From Alphaproteobacteria bacterium (GTDB lineage: Bacteria; Pseudomonadota; Alphaproteobacteria; Bin95), in assembly GCA_963665325.3 (NCBI GenBank), contig OZ224045.1, positions 1,952,001-2,016,000 of the forward strand: a stretch of 64,000 nucleotides of DNA, read 5' to 3'. The notes below the pieces were generated by a model. The model saw nothing but the letters and a program-made list of their open reading frames with translations, did not search any database and had not been told where the DNA came from. A program made the position numbers and the translations under genes. Below, in pieces: positions 49,324 through 58,535 of this stretch. Position 1 is the stretch's first letter. Each line of letters opens with the position of its first letter.

Positions 49324-50153
49324 CGCCGCGCCCTCCTCGGCTTGGCGGGTTCGCCCAGGGTCTCGATGAAGAGCTTCTCGTCGAGGACCTCGCGCTCCTT
49401 CTCGGCGGCGGCGGCGAGCAGGGCGTCGGCCATGACGGTGAGCGCCCGCGGGTTGCCGTCGGCATGGGCGACCAGGGTGTCCTTGAGGCCCGCGGTCATG
49501 AGGCCGGGATTGCCGGCCTGCTCGATCAGATGGTCGAGCAGGGCCGCGAGGTCGCCGGCCTCGGCCTTGGTCATGACCAGGCGCTGGCGGATGCGCGAGG
49601 CGATGGGCTGCAGATCGGGCTGGCGGAGCTTGTCGAGCAGGCGCGTGTCGCCGGCGAGGACGACCGAGAGGATGGCGCGCGAGTCGAAGTCGGTCGAAGC
49701 CAGCAGGCGGATCTCGGAGAACACCGAGGGCAGCAGCTCCTGGGCCTCGTCGACGAGCACGACGGGGCGCATGCGGGTATCGTCGACATGGGCGAGCCAG
49801 CGCTCGCGCAGGCTTTTGAAGCTGGCCCAGCGGTTGTTGTACATCAGGTCGACGCCGAACATCTCGCCGATCTCGCGGTAGAAGTCGGACAGCCGGGAGG
49901 AGGGATGGGTGATGGCGGCGATGCTGAGCCCCTCGCAGCGGCCGAGACGGTCGGCGAGCAGGCGCAACGCCACACTCTTTCCGGCGCCGGGCTCGCCGGC
50001 GATCAAGGCGAAGCCGCCCTGGCGCACCAGGTGGCGCTCGATCCTGAGGCAGAAGCTGTCGACGGCAGGCGTCGCCATGAGACTGTCGACCGGCAGGTCG
50101 GTGGCGAAGGGGTTCCACTTGAGCCCGTAGAAGGTGAGCAGTTCCCGGTTCAT
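49320..50153 (-). CDS. ExeA/MuB-like ATPase (copy 2)
   Basis: identical to 32043-32876. Confidence 0.88.
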   Translation of the reverse strand: MNRELLTFYGLKWNPFATDLPVDSLMATPAVDSFCLRIERHLVRQGGFALIAGEPGAGKSVALRLLADRLGRCEGLSIAAITHPSSRLSDFYREIGEMFGVDLMYNNRWASFKSLRERWLAHVDDTRMRPVVLVDEAQELLPSVFSEIRLLASTDFDSRAILSVVLAGDTRLLDKLRQPDLQPIASRIRQRLVMTKAEAGDLAALLDHLIEQAGNPGLMTAGLKDTLVAHADGNPRALTVMADALLAAAAEKEREVLDEKLFIETLGEPAKPRRARR

Positions 50154-51625
50154 GGCGCATCTCCCCGATCTTCGTCCTCGCCCGGACCGGGCGTCTTGTC
50201 ATGGGGCAGCCAGGCCGGCGGCAGGCCGGTTGCGGCCTGGGCGTCGAGCATGCCCTTGAGCAGCGGCGGAAGTTCCCCCGTCCCCGCGCCGCCATTGCCA
50301 TCGTTGCCGCCGGGGCCGGCGGGACGGCGCACGCCATCGGCGTTGCCGCGCTTGTCGAGGGGGTACAGCGTGCACAGGCGCTCGCCGCCTCGACCGTCGA
50401 TCAGATCGACGCTGGCGAGGTTCCAGCGCGCGTAACGGATCCAGGCCTCGCGCAGGTGGCGCCACGGCTGTGGCACCTGGTAGCGGATGCCCTCGACCGA
50501 GACGGTGCCGTCCGAGCGCCTGAGCGTGCGCTTCCTGGTGATGCGGAAGGCCGCCTTGAGCTCGGCCGAGCCGGGGCAGGATCTCGACGCGTCGACGCTC
50601 CCGGCCAGGCGTTGATGCGGCGTCATGCCGAGCTCGCGGTGCTTGCGGCGGTGATAGTCCTGCTCCAGCCAGGCGATGGTGGCGTCGTTGAGCATCTTCA
50701 AGGTAAGCGCGTCGACGCCTTCGAGCTGAGCCATCAGGCGCGATTCGACCGTGCCCCAGAACGACTCGATCTTGCCGTTCTGATGGGGGCTGTAAGCGAG
50801 CGTCGTGACCCCCGCGATGCCGAGCCGGTGCAACCCCTCCTCGACCTCGCCCGCGGTCATCGCCGCGCCGTTGTCGGTCAGCAGGGACCTCGGCAGACCG
50901 CGCTTCATGAAGGCCTGGCAAAGGCCGTGGACGAACACCTCGGCGGTCTCGGCGAGGTACCACTGAAGGTGGCAGCCGAGGCGCGAGTGGTCGTCGAGGA
51001 AGCCGAGCAGGATCGGCGTCTTCCACTCGCCCGAGGCGGTCAGCACGCGACGCTTGGCGCTGTGCATGTCGGCGTGCCACAGGGCGTGAGAGCGCGAGAC
51101 CTCGTAGCTCAATACCTCGCGGGCTTCGACCGCCGGCCTGGCCTCGCTCTCATGCCACTTGCGCCGGCGCTTGCGTACCAGCCCGCGAGCCCGCATCGCC
51201 CGGGTCAGCGTCGCGTAGGACGGTATCGGGCCGAGCTCGGGATCGGCCTCGACCCGCGCGGCCAGATTCTCGTGATGAAGCTGCGCCGACCACGACGGAT
51301 GCGCCCGGTACTGCTCGTGCAGCGCCTCGATCAGCGTCGGCGACATCGCGCGCGGGCGCCCGGCATCGGCGCGCGGGCGCCGCTTGAGCGCCCCCACCGG
51401 ATCGTTGTCCGCCGCCCGCGCCTGGTAGTACCAGCGCTCGATCGTGGACACCGCGAAGCGCACCCGGCCCTTGCCGGACGGGTGATCCCACTCGCGTTCG
51501 GCAAGCCGCTCAAGCTCGGCGTGCAGCCGCCCCGCCGGCGGCGGCGAGGCCAGAAGCGGCCCGACCACCGCGAAGCGCAACCGCGCCCACCGGTCGCGAC
51601 GCTCGCTCCCGTCGTTGCTGTTCAT
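50150..51625 (-). CDS. DDE transposase (copy 2)
   Basis: identical to 32873-34348. Confidence 0.93.
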   Translation of the reverse strand: MNSNDGSERRDRWARLRFAVVGPLLASPPPAGRLHAELERLAEREWDHPSGKGRVRFAVSTIERWYYQARAADNDPVGALKRRPRADAGRPRAMSPTLIEALHEQYRAHPSWSAQLHHENLAARVEADPELGPIPSYATLTRAMRARGLVRKRRRKWHESEARPAVEAREVLSYEVSRSHALWHADMHSAKRRVLTASGEWKTPILLGFLDDHSRLGCHLQWYLAETAEVFVHGLCQAFMKRGLPRSLLTDNGAAMTAGEVEEGLHRLGIAGVTTLAYSPHQNGKIESFWGTVESRLMAQLEGVDALTLKMLNDATIAWLEQDYHRRKHRELGMTPHQRLAGSVDASRSCPGSAELKAAFRITRKRTLRRSDGTVSVEGIRYQVPQPWRHLREAWIRYARWNLASVDLIDGRGGERLCTLYPLDKRGNADGVRRPAGPGGNDGNGGAGTGELPPLLKGMLDAQAATGLPPAWLPHDKTPGPGEDEDRGDAP

Positions 51626-51673
51626 TCCGGCATCCCCCTCGCTGCTTCGTGGAGGTGCCGATGATGCGGTGCC

Positions 51674-52288
51674 CTATCCGTGCATCATAGAAACGCTTTC
51701 TGCGGGCGAAGCCGGACCTGCGCCGAGCGCGCAAAAGCCGGTCCACGGCATCAGCCAGACCAGGCTCCGCAGCAGCCGCGAGCGGAAGCCACGGCCCCGC
51801 ATGATGCGCAGCAGCCGGCGCAGCGGCGCCTCTTCGGGCGGCGCCGCCAGCTCGCCCCGTCTCGCCTGCCACTCCCGGGTCAGCGGGAAGGCTTCCAGCC
51901 ACCAGCGCCGCCAGCGCTTCAGCGTCGAGGCCGGAACCCCGCACCGCCGCGCGATCGTCTGCAACCGCGCGCCGCCGGCCACAGCCAGCGCACTCACCAC
52001 AAGGAACAGCGCCCCGACGTAAAAGCGCCTGCCGAAGAAACGCACCGACGGCGGCTTCACGCGGCGTCGGCACACCGAACAGCACAGGCTGAAGCGCCGA
52101 ACGTCGTTCCGAAGATTCGCCGCCAGACCGTGCGGCTTGCGCGGGTAGCTCGCGCTGTGAAGCGCGCCGCCGCAGCGCGGGCAACCCGCCGCCCGGCACG
52201 CCTCCGCCTCGGCCGCGTCGACCTGCTTCAGAAAATCCCAAACCCGGGCGTTGGAGAGATTGGAGTGCCGGAACAGCTTGTGCGACAT
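51674..52288 (-). CDS. Zn-ribbon/HTH ORF1 (copy 2)
   Basis: identical to 34397-35011. Confidence 0.75.
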   Translation of the reverse strand: MSHKLFRHSNLSNARVWDFLKQVDAAEAEACRAAGCPRCGGALHSASYPRKPHGLAANLRNDVRRFSLCCSVCRRRVKPPSVRFFGRRFYVGALFLVVSALAVAGGARLQTIARRCGVPASTLKRWRRWWLEAFPLTREWQARRGELAAPPEEAPLRRLLRIMRGRGFRSRLLRSLVWLMPWTGFCALGAGPASPAESVSMMHG

Positions 52289-52897
52289 TGGGGCCGTCTC
52301 AGGTTGATGTCACTGTCACCGAGACAAGCCCTCCGGCGGCCTTCTTGCAAGATCGCCGGGGGGCACCCAATCCAAAACCTCGATTAATCCGAGCCGATCA
52401 GCCCCTGATCGCCGCTGAAAGCCTGCGCCCGCTCAGACGCTGGATTTCGGCCGGGACCCGGTTCCGAAGGAAGGCAACGGCTCGGTCATGGACCCGGCCG
52501 AAGCGCGCCTGGCGGAAGCGGTGCTTAGTGCCGAACGGTCGCTGTCGCTGATCGCGGAGACGCGCTCGGCCGAGGCGGACCTGAGGGTTCCGGACGTGCC
52601 GGAGAATGTGCCGCCCGAACTGCTTCTGAAGGTGACCCTGGACTACATCGGGCCGCTGGAGGAGCTGGCGCGGCAGCTGGCGGCGGGCGCAGGCTACGGG
52701 CTGGTGACGGCGGGCCGTCCGCCGCCGGCGCCGGTGCTGGTCGAGATCGAGGCGGATGACACGCCGCTCATCCACATCTTCAGGGATGCCGGCATGCAGG
52801 CGGCCGACCGCGCGCTTCTGACGGTGGACGCCGGCCGCATGACCGTGCGCCTTGACTGGTTCGAGGCCGAACCGCGCGCGCAGGGAACCGGCGGTTG

Positions 52898-53761
52898 ATG
52901 CGGCTCGCGCGCTTCCTCCTCCCGGCCCTGGCCGTGCTTCTGGTCCCGTTGTGGGCAGCGGCGGAGGACTCTGCACCCCCCGATCTTGCGGCACTGCTGG
53001 AGGCAAGGCCCGGTGCGGAGCTGGGAGTGGAGTTCGGAGAGGAGAAACGCCGCGAGGCGATGCGCGCTGCCGCTCTGGCCTATGGGGCGCAGGGAGGTCT
53101 GGCGCGGCGGTCCTGGGAGATCGCGCGGGACGTGGTGGCGAAGCACGAGGCGAGCCTCGACAGGCTGTACGGGTTCAGGCGGTTGATGGAGAGCCGGCAC
53201 GGGTTCGTTCTGGTGCCGCCGGTTGTGGGCGAGACGCGCCAGGCGGTGCGCCTCGGGCGGGACGGGCGGCGCGCGGCCTCGGCGGCGCGCGTGGTTCGGA
53301 TCATGGAATCCGAGCGCCTGGCGACGGCGCCGCCGCACTGGCGGGACTTCCTGGTCCGTCGCTGGCGGGTTCCGGAGCCTCCGGTATCGGTGCTGTTCCC
53401 GCGTGACGACGTGGAGAAGGTGGACTGGGCGCGCTGGATCGCTCGCGGCTGGCAGGAGGGCGTGAAGCAGGCGGACGCGATCTTCGCGGCGGACCTGGAT
53501 CGTCTGAATGCGCTTCTGGAAGGGATCGCGCGCTGGAACACGCTCCACGGCGCCCGGATGGTGGGCGCTCCGAAGGTTGAGGTCAGCCGTTCGGCGACGG
53601 CCGGCGACGGCCGCGTGATGCGGGTCGGCGAGACGCTTGTGAGGCTCGGGCGGCCGGCGGAGCTTCAGCTTCGCTCGCGCGAGTGGCGCGGGTTCGTGTT
53701 CCGGAACGAGGGCGGTCAGGCGGGGGCCGGGCTTCCGGTGTGGTCGGAGGCGGGGCCGTGA
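52898..53761 (+). CDS. dotC: DotC/TraI family T4BSS protein
   Basis: RREAMRAAALAYGAQGGLA, LDRLYGF, LVPPVV, PPHWRDFL, GWQEG..QADAIF..DLDRL. Confidence 0.85.
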   Translation: MRLARFLLPALAVLLVPLWAAAEDSAPPDLAALLEARPGAELGVEFGEEKRREAMRAAALAYGAQGGLARRSWEIARDVVAKHEASLDRLYGFRRLMESRHGFVLVPPVVGETRQAVRLGRDGRRAASAARVVRIMESERLATAPPHWRDFLVRRWRVPEPPVSVLFPRDDVEKVDWARWIARGWQEGVKQADAIFAADLDRLNALLEGIARWNTLHGARMVGAPKVEVSRSATAGDGRVMRVGETLVRLGRPAELQLRSREWRGFVFRNEGGQAGAGLPVWSEAGP

Positions 53762-54474
53762 GCGGCGTCAGGCACGGCGAAAGAGGTTACGGGAAGGTGG
53801 TGCCGTTCGGGAGACAGTCCGAAGCGGCCGGGGGCCGGCCAGGTGGGGCGCCAATAGCAGGTAAGGATGAGCAGGAAGGCGGCGACCGCCGTCATGAGCA
53901 GGGTGAACCGGGAGGGGCGGAGTACCAGCTTGCCCAGGGTGGGCGGACGGAACCGGAGGTACAGCAGGACGAGGAAAGCGGGCAGCGCGATGAAGTAGCC
54001 GGAGGCGCACAGGGCGGCCCAGGCTTTGGAAACGAGTATCGGGATATGGTCCAGGATGCGGGGAATTCCTTTGCCTTGACGTTGGCGCTGGCGATGCCGC
54101 TGGCGGTATGTGCTTTGGGGCCCGGCACGGCAGGTTGGAGGCATATAGCGGTCGCAGCCGGATACTACGGGCTTCTTTTCGTCTTCAGCAGTTGGGCGGC
54201 GCGGCGCTGGGGCGGAAAGGACGGGGTTCTCGCGCGGTCGGTATTCATGGAAAGCCGCATTGCGATCGTGCTGATCGGATTTGCGGCCGTGGGTTTCGGT
54301 TCGCCTGTGCTTCTGGAAATCGCGCCGGACGTGCTGGCGGTGGCGATCGCGGGTTCCGGGTTGGCCGATGGACGGGCGGTGGGATTGGAGGCGCGGATCC
54401 GCGGTCGTTCCGTGGCGCGGGCGCTCCTCTGCGTGGCGTCGGATCGCGGTGCCGGAAGGAAGGCGTCGTCATGA
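53758..54474 (+). CDS. hypothetical membrane protein upstream of dotB (start uncertain; 54046 is an alternative)
   Basis: TM-rich C-terminal half; ATGA overlap with dotB. Confidence 0.5.
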   Translation: MSGVRHGERGYGKVVPFGRQSEAAGGRPGGAPIAGKDEQEGGDRRHEQGEPGGAEYQLAQGGRTEPEVQQDEESGQRDEVAGGAQGGPGFGNEYRDMVQDAGNSFALTLALAMPLAVCALGPGTAGWRHIAVAAGYYGLLFVFSSWAARRWGGKDGVLARSVFMESRIAIVLIGFAAVGFGSPVLLEIAPDVLAVAIAGSGLADGRAVGLEARIRGRSVARALLCVASDRGAGRKASS

Positions 54475-55598
54475 CCGGCCTCTGGGCGCCCGGCGAGCAT
54501 GTGTTTCCGGTCGAGCGACTGGACGATTTCCTCCGGTGGGCGTGGGAGGAGCGGGCGTCGGACGTTTCGTTCCAGACGCAGGCGCCGGCATTGATCGAGG
54601 TGGACGGCCGGGTGCGCCGGGCGACGTTGGCGTCGCTGGACAACACGACCGTCGAGCGGATCGCGCGCGAGATCGGGCGGGAGACCGCGGACGGTGTGCT
54701 GCGGTCGGGCCGCGCGGTGGACTGCGGGCATGCGGTGGGTCTGGAGCGCGGTCTGGATATCCGGTTCCGCTGCAATCTCTCGCCGGTCCAGGTGAAGCAC
54801 GGTTTCGGGATCAACATCACGATGCGGCTCTTGCCGGGCGACCCTCCGACGCTGGACGAGCTGCATATCGAGGGTGAGATCGTTGAGGCCCTGGAGGCCT
54901 GCACGGGACTGAACCTTGTGACGGGCGTTCCGGGGAGCGGCAAGAGCACGCTACTGGCGGCGGGAACCAGGCGGCTTCTGGAGATGGGGGCGGGGCGCAT
55001 CCAGAGCTACGAGGCGCCGATCGAGTTCGTCTTCGACGGTGTGGAGACGGGCGGCGCGAGCCTGATGTCGAGCTCGGAGATTCCGCGTCATTTCGTGGAT
55101 TTTGCGGACGGGTTGCGGGCGAGCCTTCGCCGGCGCCCGGCGGCGGTGATCGTAGGCGAGGCGCGGGACAGGGAGACGGTGGAGGCGGCGATCAATGCGG
55201 CGGATTTCGGGATCGCGGTCTACAGCACGACGCACACGATCGGGGTGGCGAACACGGTCCGCCGGATGCTGAGCGAGTTTCCGGAGGACGAGCGCGACGA
55301 GCGCGGCGCCGCCCTGATCGACATGCTGAACCTGGTGGTGACGCAGGTGCTGTTGCCGAACCCCGAAGGCGGGCGGACGGCGGTGAGGGAATGGCTCGTG
55401 TTTGACGCCGACCTGAAGGCGGAGCTGCTGGACATGCGCCGCCAGTTTTGGCCGCGGCGGATATCCGAAGCGTTGCGGGCGACGGGTCACGGTCTGGCGG
55501 TGCAGGCGGAGGCGGTGTTTGCCGAGGGGCGGATCGGGGCGCGGGACCTCGCGCGCATTCGCGCCTCGCACGGCATGGCGGGGAGCGAGGCATCGTGA
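54471..55598 (+). CDS. dotB: DotB/TraJ PilT-family ATPase
   Basis: ASDVSFQT, RFRCN, GVPGSGKST, YEAPIEF, LRRRP..VGEARD, STTHT, REWLVFD. Confidence 0.88.
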   Translation: MTGLWAPGEHVFPVERLDDFLRWAWEERASDVSFQTQAPALIEVDGRVRRATLASLDNTTVERIAREIGRETADGVLRSGRAVDCGHAVGLERGLDIRFRCNLSPVQVKHGFGINITMRLLPGDPPTLDELHIEGEIVEALEACTGLNLVTGVPGSGKSTLLAAGTRRLLEMGAGRIQSYEAPIEFVFDGVETGGASLMSSSEIPRHFVDFADGLRASLRRRPAAVIVGEARDRETVEAAINAADFGIAVYSTTHTIGVANTVRRMLSEFPEDERDERGAALIDMLNLVVTQVLLPNPEGGRTAVREWLVFDADLKAELLDMRRQFWPRRISEALRATGHGLAVQAEAVFAEGRIGARDLARIRASHGMAGSEAS

Positions 55599-55613
55599 TG
55601 GCGGGAGGCAGGA

Positions 55614-55886
55614 ATGGACGGGCTTGTGTGGCGCGACAGTGCGCGGGCGGTGAGGATCTGGGGCTTCGACGCGCGTCTGGCGCTGATGACGTTCGCCTGG
55701 CTGTTCTGGCCCAACATTGCGACGACGGTCCTGCTGCTGCTGGCGTTCGTGGCGTTCCGGGTGGCGGAGGCGCGGGGCTACCGGCTGCGGGCGGCGATAA
55801 GGCGGGTGCGCGCGGCGAGCTGCCGGGGCCGGCGCGCGCTTTTCCTCGACCGCTATCGGCGCTTTGCGGACTTGCACTGGCTCTAG
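55614..55886 (+). CDS. icmT: IcmT/TraK family protein
   Basis: WRDSARAVRIWGFDAR, two TM segments, basic tail; follows dotB. Confidence 0.82.
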   Translation: MDGLVWRDSARAVRIWGFDARLALMTFAWLFWPNIATTVLLLLAFVAFRVAEARGYRLRAAIRRVRAASCRGRRALFLDRYRRFADLHWL

Positions 55887-55891
55887 GCGCG

Positions 55892-56464
55892 ATGGGCGGT
55901 TTGCCGGCCGATGCCGGTTTCGATTTCGAGCCGGGGCTGCGGGAGGGCGTGCTGCTGCATGCGCCGGACGAGACATCGCTTGCGGAGACGGCGGCGAGGC
56001 TCGGACCGGCCGGGGTCAAGCTCCGCTGGGACCGGCGGGTGGAGGCCGGCAGGCCCGTGGACCGGGTCCATGGGGACTGGCGTTCGCTGCTGTTCGATGC
56101 GGGCCTGGCGTGGCGGCGGTTCGGGGACGAGCTGCATGTCCGGCCGGCCGGCATCCCCGAGGGCGAGATCGAGTTCGCGACGGCGCGCGCCGGCGCTTCG
56201 GACTGGCGTGTCTGGTCGGAAGAAACGCTGCGTTCGGTCATGTCCCGCTGGGGAGCGCGGGCCGGCGTCGAGGTCGTCTGGCGGACGGACCGCCATTACC
56301 GGGTTCATGACGGCCGGGTGTTTCGGGGCCACACGTTCGAGGAGGCGGCGGCGCTGCTGTTCGCGGCGCTGGGCGGGGTTCCGGACGCGCCGGCGGGAAG
56401 GCTGTCGGAGGACGGCGCTTCGATGGCGATGAAGCATGTGTGGAAAGGCGGGGAGGAGAAGTGA
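55892..56464 (+). CDS. TcpQ-domain protein (start uncertain)
   Basis: WRVWSEETLRSVMSRWGARAGVEVVW..FEEAA. Confidence 0.6.
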   Translation: MGGLPADAGFDFEPGLREGVLLHAPDETSLAETAARLGPAGVKLRWDRRVEAGRPVDRVHGDWRSLLFDAGLAWRRFGDELHVRPAGIPEGEIEFATARAGASDWRVWSEETLRSVMSRWGARAGVEVVWRTDRHYRVHDGRVFRGHTFEEAAALLFAALGGVPDAPAGRLSEDGASMAMKHVWKGGEEK

Positions 56465-57039
56465 TGGGGCAGGGGTTGTGGAGGTACGGCTGGGAAATCC
56501 TGCGGAAGCTCGACGGAATCGCGCATGGGGTCGACATGCTGCGTCTGGAAGTGAAGGGGATCGAGGCAGGGTCCGGGAGAGCCGATGACAGGGCGAGTTA
56601 TCGGCTGGAGCGGATGCATGACGACGTCCGGAGCTTGCTGGAGAGGCGGGAGAAGTCCGGAGGGTCGGGCGGCGTGGCGTTGGTGTCCGCGATTTCCGGG
56701 GGGATTGGCGGTTTTCTGCTGTGCGGAGGGCTGGCGATGGCTCTCGGCCTGGTGGACGGAAGGGATCTGCGGGGGGTCTGGCAGCCGAAACCGGCATCGG
56801 TGAGTGGGGTCGAACGGCGAGCGGTCGGTGTGCATATCGATGTTGTTCCGGCGCCGGAGGGGGGGACCGTCGAGACGCAGCCGTTCGCGGTTCCGCAGGG
56901 GTACTTGCGGGAGGTCGAGCTCCTGGAGGAGCGACGGGCGCGGGAGATTCGGCTGGGTCGCGGCCCGGAAGAATATCTGGGCAGGCGGGAGGACAGCATT
57001 GGGCTGCAGCCCGATGTCCCGATGGATACGGCGCCGTAG
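56461..57039 (+). CDS. hypothetical single-TM protein
   Basis: GGAGGAG RBS, GTGA coupling, central TM helix. Confidence 0.5.
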   Translation: MMGQGLWRYGWEILRKLDGIAHGVDMLRLEVKGIEAGSGRADDRASYRLERMHDDVRSLLERREKSGGSGGVALVSAISGGIGGFLLCGGLAMALGLVDGRDLRGVWQPKPASVSGVERRAVGVHIDVVPAPEGGTVETQPFAVPQGYLREVELLEERRAREIRLGRGPEEYLGRREDSIGLQPDVPMDTAP

Positions 57040-57056
57040 CGCGGGAGGGGCAGAGA

Positions 57057-57167
57057 ATGAGAGCAAGGACAGTGAAAGCGGTCCGAAGGGTCGCTGGTTC
57101 CTGGCTGATGGGCCTGGCGATCGTCGCCGGAACGGTGCTGTTCCTTGGAGGTCTGGCATGGATCTGA
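57057..57167 (+). CDS. 36-aa membrane peptide
   Basis: GGAGGG RBS; basic N-terminus followed by one hydrophobic helix. Confidence 0.4.
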   Translation: MRARTVKAVRRVAGSWLMGLAIVAGTVLFLGGLAWI

Positions 57168-57872
57168 AGGCAGGGGAGCGTCTCGGTCTCGAGGATCACG
57201 AGATGCGCAGCGTGGCGGCGTCTCTCTGGTGGAGTTTCACCTTGTTGTGCGCAGGAATGGTGGCGGTATGGCCGGTCACCGGAGGGCCCTGGGTTCTGCC
57301 TGCATATGGGCTGGGGGCTGCCCTGGCGTTTGTTGCGATGAGGATGCACGGGGCGGCTCTCGGGCGGGGGGAGAGTGGGAGCCGCTTTCGTCGCATGACG
57401 GGAGAGCTGCTCGTTCGGTGGGACCCGAGACCTGTCGCGATCCTGGTAACGGTCATGTGCGCTGTGTGGCTTGTCGCGGGGTTCCTGCTTGTTCCGTCCG
57501 AAGTGTTGTCTGGCGTGGAAAACCCCGGAGCGACAAAGGCGGAGATCGATGAAGCGTTTGAGGCACGCCTGAACGGGTTCGTAGAGCGGGCAGCGCCGTT
57601 GCGGGTGGCGGTGGCGGTTTTCGGATTGGTTGGAGCGGTCTGCGCCGGTCTGTCGGACTGGCTTTGGCTCGGCACGGTCGCAGGGAGGCTTGGGGTGAAG
57701 CCCTGGCAGGTCTTGCCGGTCGGGCTGAGCGGGCGCAGGCTTTCAGCGGCGATCAGGGGCTGATCGGCTCGGATTAATCGAGGTTTTGGATTGGGTGCCC
57801 CCCGGCGATCTTGCAAGAAGGCCGCCGGAGGGCTTGTCTCGGTGACAGTGACATCAACCTGAGACGGCCCCA

Positions 57873-58487
57873 ATGTCGCACAAGCTGTTCCGGCACTCCA
57901 ATCTCTCCAACGCCCGGGTTTGGGATTTTCTGAAGCAGGTCGACGCGGCCGAGGCGGAGGCGTGCCGGGCGGCGGGTTGCCCGCGCTGCGGCGGCGCGCT
58001 TCACAGCGCGAGCTACCCGCGCAAGCCGCACGGTCTGGCGGCGAATCTTCGGAACGACGTTCGGCGCTTCAGCCTGTGCTGTTCGGTGTGCCGACGCCGC
58101 GTGAAGCCGCCGTCGGTGCGTTTCTTCGGCAGGCGCTTTTACGTCGGGGCGCTGTTCCTTGTGGTGAGTGCGCTGGCTGTGGCCGGCGGCGCGCGGTTGC
58201 AGACGATCGCGCGGCGGTGCGGGGTTCCGGCCTCGACGCTGAAGCGCTGGCGGCGCTGGTGGCTGGAAGCCTTCCCGCTGACCCGGGAGTGGCAGGCGAG
58301 ACGGGGCGAGCTGGCGGCGCCGCCCGAAGAGGCGCCGCTGCGCCGGCTGCTGCGCATCATGCGGGGCCGTGGCTTCCGCTCGCGGCTGCTGCGGAGCCTG
58401 GTCTGGCTGATGCCGTGGACCGGCTTTTGCGCGCTCGGCGCAGGTCCGGCTTCGCCCGCAGAAAGCGTTTCTATGATGCACGGATAG
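57873..58487 (+). CDS. Zn-ribbon/HTH ORF1 (copy 3)
   Basis: identical translation. Confidence 0.75.
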   Translation: MSHKLFRHSNLSNARVWDFLKQVDAAEAEACRAAGCPRCGGALHSASYPRKPHGLAANLRNDVRRFSLCCSVCRRRVKPPSVRFFGRRFYVGALFLVVSALAVAGGARLQTIARRCGVPASTLKRWRRWWLEAFPLTREWQARRGELAAPPEEAPLRRLLRIMRGRGFRSRLLRSLVWLMPWTGFCALGAGPASPAESVSMMHG

Positions 58488-58535
58488 GGCACCGCATCAT
58501 CGGCACCTCCACGAAGCAGCGAGGGGGATGCCGGA

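Larger units (their letters stand above)
48052..52435 (-). mobile_element. 4,384-bp transposon, copy 2; 5-bp TSD GACGC
   Basis: same ends and identical ORF translations as copy 1; GACGC at 48047-48051 and 52436-52440. Confidence 0.95.
47985..52898 (+). pseudogene. dotD: DotD/TraH lipoprotein (about 174 aa) split by transposon copy 2
   Basis: lipobox LSGC-QT at 47985-48051 rejoins LDFGRD..LDYIGPLEELARQLA..AGY..PPAPVLV after removal of the element and one GACGC; precedes dotC. Confidence 0.8.
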
